Assembly: GCA_963575745.1 (NCBI GenBank)
Contig: CAUYUJ010000248.1
Coordinates: 186,001 to 250,000 of the forward strand
DNA: 64,000 nt
Reading direction: 5' to 3'
From: Prorocentrum cordatum
Lineage: Eukaryota
Below are positions 55,441-64,000 of the stretch, piece by piece; the first letter of the stretch is position 1; each line of letters begins with the position of its first letter. The notes beneath the pieces are model-generated. The model was given only the letters and a program-made list of their open reading frames with translations, did not search any database and had not been told where the DNA came from. A program made the translations under genes and the position numbers.

Positions 55441-56740
55441 TCAAAATTTGGGCGAGGATGGCGGGGAAGCTCCGAAGGAGGAGGAGGAGGCGGAGGAGGA
55501 GGAGAAGGAGGAGAATGAGGAGGAGTGGGCATATTGGGAGCCCTTGGGGGGCAGACCTCCTGGGAGCTTCCTGGGGGGCATCTTGGGGGGATCGTTTGCG
55601 TTTCCTTGGGCCTCTTCAGGTCCTCGAAAGGTTTCGCGGGGGCCCCTTTGCCAGTCTTAGGACGTTCCTGGCCCGTCTGGCGCCGTCGGGGGGCCATCTT
55701 GGGGGCCTATCCGAACCAACTTGGGGCCTTCTCGGGGTGCTCCAGGGCAGTTTCGGAGGCCACCTTGGGCGCCTTGGAGGCCTCCTAGGCCGCCTTTGGG
55801 CCGGGCCCCCTTTGGGGCCGTATTGGGAGCCTCTTGGGCCGTTGCAGGGCTATTTTGGGAGCTTCTTGGGCGATATTGCTGCGATGTTGGGGGTGGCTCG
55901 TGGGCCGCCTCGGGCTGTCGGGAAGCCGAAAACGAACAAATGCCGAACGCTGTCAAACATCAACGGAAAATCAATGAGTTTGGCCCATTCAGGCCTTCTC
56001 GGGGGCCCTCTTGGGGCGGGGGGCATTTGGGCAGTCTTGGGCCGTCTTGGGTCAATCTTAGGCCGTATTGGAGGTTTCCTGGTCGGACTTGGAGGCGGCG
56101 CGGACCTTTTTGGGGCGTCTAGGAGGCCATGGTGGATCAACTTGGGCGAACTTGGAGGCCACCCTGGCCGTCTTGGAGGCCATATTGGGCCATCTTGTGC
56201 CCATCGGGAACGGAACAATCCGTGCCGACGGGCCACAGAAAGCGCCACCGAGCCACGGAAAGCCCCAGTGGGCAACAGAAAGTCCGATTCGTAGCTCTTG
56301 TCGCCCGTACCTCGGGTGAGCAGATGTGCGGGACAGTGAGTTTCTGGCGGGGTGTGGGTGCCCCCCCCTTGGTGCGCGCCAGCTTTTTCCTTTGCCCGCA
56401 TTCATCGCGGACCCAGCGCGTTGTCTTGCTGCGCAGGGTGAGCATTTGCGCGGGCATAGCTTTTTCCAACCCCAGCCCGTGCTGGCATGCTTGGAGTGGG
56501 GCACGTTTGCTGGCCAGGTTGTTGCCCCGCGATCTGCGCGGGCCCATCGCTGTTCCCCGCCCCGCTTCGGGGGAGCAGATGTGCAGGCCACTTATTGTTG
56601 CCCCACAGACCCCTCTGGCCAAATCCCTGCTTGCGCCTGCTTGACGTGAGCAGGCGTTTTTTTTGCCGGGCGTGGTCTCACAAGGCCGGTGTCACGATCA
56701 TTTGTTCAGATGTTTTGCTTGATTTGTGTTCCTCTTCCCC

Positions 56741-56771
<31 letters not shown>

Positions 56772-56856
56772 GTGCGCGCGCGCCACGCCGTCCCTATGCG
56801 TTCCAGGACTTTTACAAGCTACCAGTAACACGGTGCGTGTTTGCGCGCGCGCGTGT

Positions 56857-56961
56857 GTTTGTTTGTTTGTTTGTTTGTTTGTTTGTTTGTTTGTTTGTTT
56901 GTTTGTTTGTTTGTTTGTTTGTGTGTGTGTGCGTGTGCGTGTGCGTGTGCGTGTGCGTGTG
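56857..56961. repeat. (TTTG)n then (GTGTGC)n
   Basis: Direct reading. Confidence 0.95.
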
Positions 56962-57009
56962 CATCTGCGTCGCAAGCCGCAGTCGCGCCAGCCGTTTTGT
57001 TTTTTTTTT

Positions 57010-59400
57010 GCATTCGGAGTTCGCTTTCGGAGGGTCGGCGGCAGCGAAAACCCATCGGGCCTGAAAATCGAGCCCGAATGCATTGGGGGAGTTTCAAGCT
57101 TTCACGTGCACGGAATTCGGTTTCGGAGGGTTGGCAGCAGCGAAAACCCATCGGGCCTGAAAATCGAGCCCGACTGATCTGGGAGAATTTGTTGTTTTCT
57201 TGCGTTCGGAATTCGCTTTCGGAGGGTCGGCGGCTGCGAAAACCAATCGGGCCTGAAAATCGAGCCCGAAGGATTTGGGGGGATCTCACCCTTCCGAGGG
57301 TGGGCGGCAGCGAACACTCATCGGGCCCGAAAATCGAGCCCGAGATTCCCCCAAATCCGTCGGGCTTAATTTTCAGGCTCGATGGATCTGCCGCCGATTC
57401 CCCGAAAGTGAAATCCGAGCACAGGAATGCATGAGAACCCAAAGATCCTTCGGGCTTGATTTCCAGGCCCGATGGGTTTTCGCTGCTTCCCACCCTCCGA
57501 GAGCGAATTCTGAGCATATGAACGCGTGAAATTCTCCAAATCCGTCGGGCTTAATTTTCAGGCACGATGGATTTTCGCTGCCGCCGATTCCCCGAAAGTG
57601 AAATCCGAACACAGGAATGCATGAGAACCCAAAGATCCTTCGGGCTTGATTTCCAGGCCCGATGGGTTTTCGCTGCTGCCCACCCTCCGAGAGCGAATTC
57701 TGAGTACAGGAAAGCATGATATTCCCCCAAATCCGTCGGGCTTAATTTTCAGGCCCGACGGATCTGCCGCCGATTCCCCGAAAGTGAAATCCGAGCACAG
57801 GAATGCATGAGAACCCAAAGATCCTTCGGGTTTGATTTCCAGGCCCGATGGGTTTTCGCTGCTGCCCACCCTCCGAGAGCGAATTCTGAGTACAGGAAAG
57901 CATGAGATTTCCCCGGATCCGTCGGGCTTAATTTTCAGGCCCGATGGATTGCGAAGGCCTTACGGCCGTTGCCGCCGACCCTGAAGATGACGAAAGACAA
58001 CACGAGGGGGGGAGGAGGAGGAGGAGGAGGAGGAGGAGGAGGCGGAAGGGAGTAGGAGGAGGAAGGGTGAAGGGGGAGGAGGAGGAGGCCTTATGGATGT
58101 TGGTTGGGATCTCGTGGTTGACCTCTCGGGGGCGTCTGGAAGGCAACTTGAAGCCTCTTGGGGGCCGTTGTGGGGCCTCTTCGGGCCTCTTTTGGGCCTC
58201 TTGGGGCTTCCGGAGGCCGTCTTCGGCGCATCTTGGGGGCGTCTTGGCGCCGCTTGGGGGCCTCTTGGGGCCTTTTGGGGGCCTCTTGGGGCTTCCCGGG
58301 GGCCTCTTAGGGCGGAAGTCTCGAATTCTCGGTTCCTCGTCCCCCTCTTGGCCGTTTCTTGGGCCCGTCTTGGGACCCTATTGGGCCGTCTTGGGCGCCT
58401 CTTGGGCTGTCCTGGGGCCTTCTTGGGCCGTCTTGGGGCCCTCTTGTAGGCCTTTTGGTGCGCTCTTGGGGCCCTCTTGGGGGCCTCTTGGGCCGTCTTG
58501 GAGTGTCGGAAAGCCGAAAAGGCGAGAAGGCCAAAATCATTCAAAAACCAATGTAAAATTGACGATTTTGGCTCCCGGGGCCCTCTTGGGAGTGCTCTTG
58601 GGGCTCTCTTGGAGCGTATTGAGGGCCTCTTAGGCCGTCTTCGGGCCGTCTTGGGCGTCTTGGGGCGATCGTTCGTCGAGTCGAGGCCCTCTTGTACCCT
58701 TTTGGGGGTGTCTTCTGGCGCTCTTGGCTCGTCTTGAAGCTTTTCTGAGCTCCGGGACCCCCCAGGGAGGATGCGTATCTGGGTGGCGACCCCCCCTCCC
58801 CCCCCCCCGGCGGGGAGGGTAGGGAGGGGCTTCGCCACGTCAGGCTTAATTTTCAGGCCCGATAGATTTTCGCTGCCGCCGATTCCCCGAAAGTGAAATC
58901 CGAGCACAGGAATGCATGAGAACCCAAAGATCCTTCGGGCTTGATTTCCAGGCCCGATGGGTTTTCGCTGCTGCCACTCTCCGAGAGCGAATTCGGAGTA
59001 CAGGAAAGCATGATATTCCCCCAAATCCGTCGGGCTTAATTTTCAGGCCCGATGGATCTGCCGCCGATTCCCCGAAAGTGAAATCCGAGCACAGGAATGC
59101 ATGAGAACCCAAAGATCCTTCGGGCTTGCTTCCTAGGCCCGATGGGTTTTCGCTGCTTCCCACCCTCCGAGGGCGAATTCTGAGCACAGGAACGCATGAG
59201 ATTCCCCCAAATCCGTCGGGTTAATTTTCAGGCCCGGTGGATTTTCGCTGCCGCCGATTCCCCGAAAGTGAAATCCGAGCACAGGAATATATGAGAACCC
59301 AGAGATCCTTCGGGCTTGATTTCCAGGCCCGATGGGTTTTCGCTGCTGCCGACCCTCCGAGAACGACTTCTGAGTACAGGAAGGCATGAGATTCCCCCAC
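57010..59400. repeat. Dimeric satellite (~93-bp subunits, ~180-bp unit) with an orientation switch at ~57345
   Basis: Alternating tcgggcttaattttcaggcccgatgg / tcgggcttgatttccaggcccgatgg; 57010-57345 is in reverse-complement orientation. Confidence 0.92.
57951..58837. mobile_element. ATTGCGAAGGCC-terminus element inserted in the satellite, 31-bp flanking direct repeats
   Basis: Direct repeats 57920-57950 and 58838-58868 match at 29/31; internal GGGGCCTCTT repeats. Confidence 0.75.
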
Positions 59401-59761
59401 ATCCTTCGTCGTCCCACGCAGCCACCGTCGTCTCACCGTCGTCTCAGCCCCAGCCAAGGTCGCCCCCCCCCCAAGCCACCGTCGTCTCACCGTCGTCTCA
59501 CCCCGCCATTATGACGCCACGAAGCGTGTTACCCACCAAAAGACCTGGCCAAAAAAACTCGCAGGCAGAAAAAAACACAACCCCCCAGAGACATCCGACC
59601 CTGCGGCCTATGGTCGAGGCCTAAGGTCAGTCATCGCGGGGCGCGCAGGCAAACGGGGGGCTCTCTGTCTCTCTCTGCCTCTCTCTGGTTCTTCTCTTCA
59701 AGGGAACCGCAAAAAGTGTAGGTCATCCCGGCCTTGTACTTTTACGTTTGCGTTTTACTTT

Positions 59762-60851
<1,090 letters not shown>

Positions 60852-63157
60852 GGTGCGTGGTGGTACGTGGTGGTGGTGCGTGGTGGTACGTGGCGGTCAT
60901 ACGTGGCGGTCATACGTGGTGGTGCGTGGGGGCACGTGGTGGTCATGCGTGGTGGTACGTGGTGGTCATGCGTGGTGGTGCGTGGTAGTGCGTGGTGGTG
61001 GTGCGTGGTGGCACGTGGTGGTGGTACGTGGTGGTAGGTGGTGGTCATACGTGGCGGTACGTGGTGGTACGTGGTGGTGGTACGTGGTGGTGCGTGTGGG
61101 TGCGTGGTGGTCATACGTCGTGGTACGTGGTGGTACGTTGTGGTCATGCGTGGTGGTGCGTGGTGATCGTACGTGGTTGTACGTGGCCGTACGTTGTGGT
61201 CATGCGTGGTGGTGCGTGGTCGTGCGTGGTGGTCATACGTGGTTGTACGTGGTGGTGCGTGGTGGTACGTGGTGGGGGTGCGTGGTGGTGGTGCGTGGTG
61301 GTGGTGCGTAGTGGTCATGCGTGGGGGCCATACGTGGTGGTACGTGGTGGTGCGTGGTGGTGGTACGTGGTGGTGCGTGGTGGTACGTGGTGGTCATGCG
61401 TGGTGGTGCGTGGTGGTCATGCGTGGTGGTACGTGGTGGTCATGCGTGGTGGTCTTACTTGGTGGTCTGTGGTGGGTTGTGGGGTGGGGTGCGTGGTGGT
61501 ACGTGGTGGCACGTGGTGGTCATACGTGGTTGTGCGTGGTGGTGGTGCGTTGTGGTGCGTGGTGGTGGTGCGTGGTGGTGCGTGGTGGTCATGCGTGGTT
61601 GTGCCTGGCGGTGCGTGGTGGTCATACGTGGTGATACGTGGTGGTGGTGCGTGGTGGTGGTGCGTGGTGGTGGTGCGTGGTGGCACGTGGTGGTCATACG
61701 TGGTGGTACGTGGTGGTACGTGGTGGTAGTGCGTAGTGGTACGTGGTGGTCATGCGTGGTGGTGCGTGGTTGTCATACGTGGTAGTGCGTGGCGGTACGT
61801 GGTGGTGCGTGGTGGCACGTGGTGGTGGTATGTGGTGGTCATACGTAGTGGTACGTTGTGGTCATACGTGGTGGTATGGTGGTCATACGTGGTGTCACGT
61901 GGTGGTGGTGGGGTTTTAAACGTGGTGGCCATACGGGTGGCCATACGTGGTGGTGCGTGTGTACGTGGTGGTGCGTGGTGGAGGACGTGGTGGTGCGTGG
62001 GTGGTGCGTGTTTTCATGCGTGTTGGTTAACTTTGTTGGTACGATGGTGGTCATGCGTGGTGGTGCATGGTGGTACTGCGTTGGTCATCGTGTGGGGCGT
62101 GGGGCACATACGTGGTGGTCAGCGTGTGTGCGGGTGGTCAAACGCGTGGTTGGTTTGGTTGTGGTAATACGTGGTGGTGCGTGGCGGTGCGTGGTGGTGG
62201 TGCGTGGTGGTGCGTGGTGGTCATGCGTGGTGGCACGTGGTGGTCATGCGTGGTGGTTCGTAGTGGTCATGCGTGGTGGTGCGTGTTGGTGCGTGGTGGG
62301 GTGCGTGGTGGCACGTGGGGGCACGTGGTGGTTGTACGTGGTGGCGGTGCGTGGTGGTGCGTGGCGGTGCGTGGTGGTGGTGCGTGGTGGTGCGTGGTGG
62401 CGCGCGGTTGCCATGCGTGGTGGTACGTGGTGGTACGTGGTGGTCATGCGTGGTGGTGCGTAGTGGTCATGCGCGGTGGTCATGCGTGGTGGTACGTGGT
62501 GGCACGTGGTGGTGGTACGTGGTGGTCATACGTGGTGGTCATACGTGGTGGTCATACGTGGTGGTGCGTGGTGGTGCGTGGTGGTGGTGCGTGGTGATGC
62601 GTGGTGGTCATACGTGGTGATACGTGGTGGTACATGGTGGTCATGCGTGGTGGTACGTGGTGGTCATACGTGGTGGTGCGTGGTGCTCAGTGGTGGTACG
62701 TGGTTGTCATGCGTGGTGGTGCGTGGTGGTGCGTGGTTGTCATGCGTGGTGGTGCGTGGTGGTGCGTGGTGGCGGTGCGTGGTGGTGCGTGGTGTTCATA
62801 AGTGGTGGTGCGTGGTGGTCATGCGTGGTGGTCATGCGTGGTGGTACGTGGTCGTCATACGTGGTGGTGCGTGATGGTGCGTGGTGGCACGTGGTGGCGG
62901 TGCGTTGTGGTACGTAGTGGTCATGCGTGGTGGTCAAGCGTGGTGGTACGTGGCGGTGCGTGGTGGTACGTGGTGGTGGTGCGTGGTGGTGCGTGGTGGT
63001 CATGCGTGGTGATGCGTGGTGGTGCGTGGTGGCCATGCGTGGTGGTACGTGGTGGTGCGTGGTGGTCATGCCTGGTGGTGCGTTGTGGTGCGTGGTGGTG
63101 GTGCGCGGTGGTGCGTGGTGGCACGTGGTGGTGGTACGTGGTGGTGCGTGGTGGTCA
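60852..63157. repeat. GGT/CGT complex minisatellite (GGTGGT[A/G]CGT, GGTCAT[A/G]CGT)
   Basis: 2.3 kb of shuffled 7-13-bp modules. Confidence 0.95.
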
Positions 63158-63159
63158 TC

Positions 63160-64000
63160 TCGCCGTTGTCGATCTCGCCCCCGCAGCCACCGTCGCTTCG
63201 CCGTCCCCCCAACCGCCGTCGTCCCACCGTGGTCTGACCCCCCATCCACCGCTGTCTCGCCCCCCAGCCGCCGTCTTCTCACCGTCTTCTCACCCCCCAG
63301 CCATTGTCGTCTCACCCCCGCCGCCGTCGTCTCGCCGTCGTCTCACCCATCAGCCGCCCTCGTCTCATCGTCGTCTCAACCGCCAGCCACCGTCCGTCTC
63401 ACCTGTGTGTCACCCCCCAGCCGCCGTCGTCTCACCCCCCAGCCACCGTCGTCTCGCCGTCGTCTCACCCCCCCGGTCACCCGCCCTCCCCCCCCAGCCG
63501 CCGTCGTCTTACCGTCGTCTCACCTTCCGAAAGCGCACAGGAAAGCATGCGGTTTCCCCAGATCTTTCGGGATTGATTTTCAGGCCCAATGGGTTTGCTC
63601 TGCAGCCAACTCTCCGAAAGCGAATTCCGACAACAAAAAAGCAGGAGATTCCTCCAGATCATCCGGGCTCGTTTTTCCAGGCCCGATAAAATTTCGTTGC
63701 CGCCGATTCTCCAAAAACGAATTTCGAGCATATGAACGCGTGAGATTCCCCCAGTTCCGTCGGGCTTAATTTTCAGGCCCGATGGATTTTCGCTGCCGCC
63801 GATTCCCCGAAAGCGAAATCCGAGCACAGGAACGCATGAGAACCCAAAGATCCTCCGGGCTTGATTTCCAGGCCCGATGGGCTTTCGCTGCTGCCGACCC
63901 TCCGAGAGCGAATTCTGAGTACAGGAAAGCATGAGATTCCCCCAAATCCGTCGGGCTTAATTTTCAGGCCCGATGGATTTTCGCTGCCGCCGATTCCCCG
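63160..64000. repeat. CCGTCGTCTCA repeats followed by resumption of the dimeric satellite
   Basis: Same motifs as 59405-59505 and 57345-59400. Confidence 0.9.

Noticed and set aside
60852..63157. Trp/Val/Gly-rich or His/Thr-rich proteins
   Set aside because: Minisatellite that is open in many frames.

Overview
Repeat-dominated, GC-rich eukaryotic DNA, almost certainly from a dinoflagellate: there are two close matches to the dinoflagellate spliced leader (SL), and exon boundaries fit GC/GA donors. Most ORFs in the track are artefacts of trinucleotide microsatellites (AGT/ACT, CCT/AGG, CAT/ATG) and satellites. One clear protein gene (~7503-10908, +) fuses an array of OPR/HPR-like helical repeats to an RluA-family pseudouridine synthase. 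It is interrupted by three different short inverted-repeat elements (156, 217 and 300 bp), and removing each precisely restores the protein (Introner-like). There is also a complete SL-capped, target-site-duplicated retrocopy encoding a zinc-finger protein (54020-54908). The rest comprises three decayed non-LTR retrotransposons, a possible tyrosine-recombinase relic, several families of non-autonomous dispersed elements with internal tandem repeats, many small MITE-like hairpins, a few orphan exons and one 100-N assembly gap. All calls were made by eye; no database searches were run.
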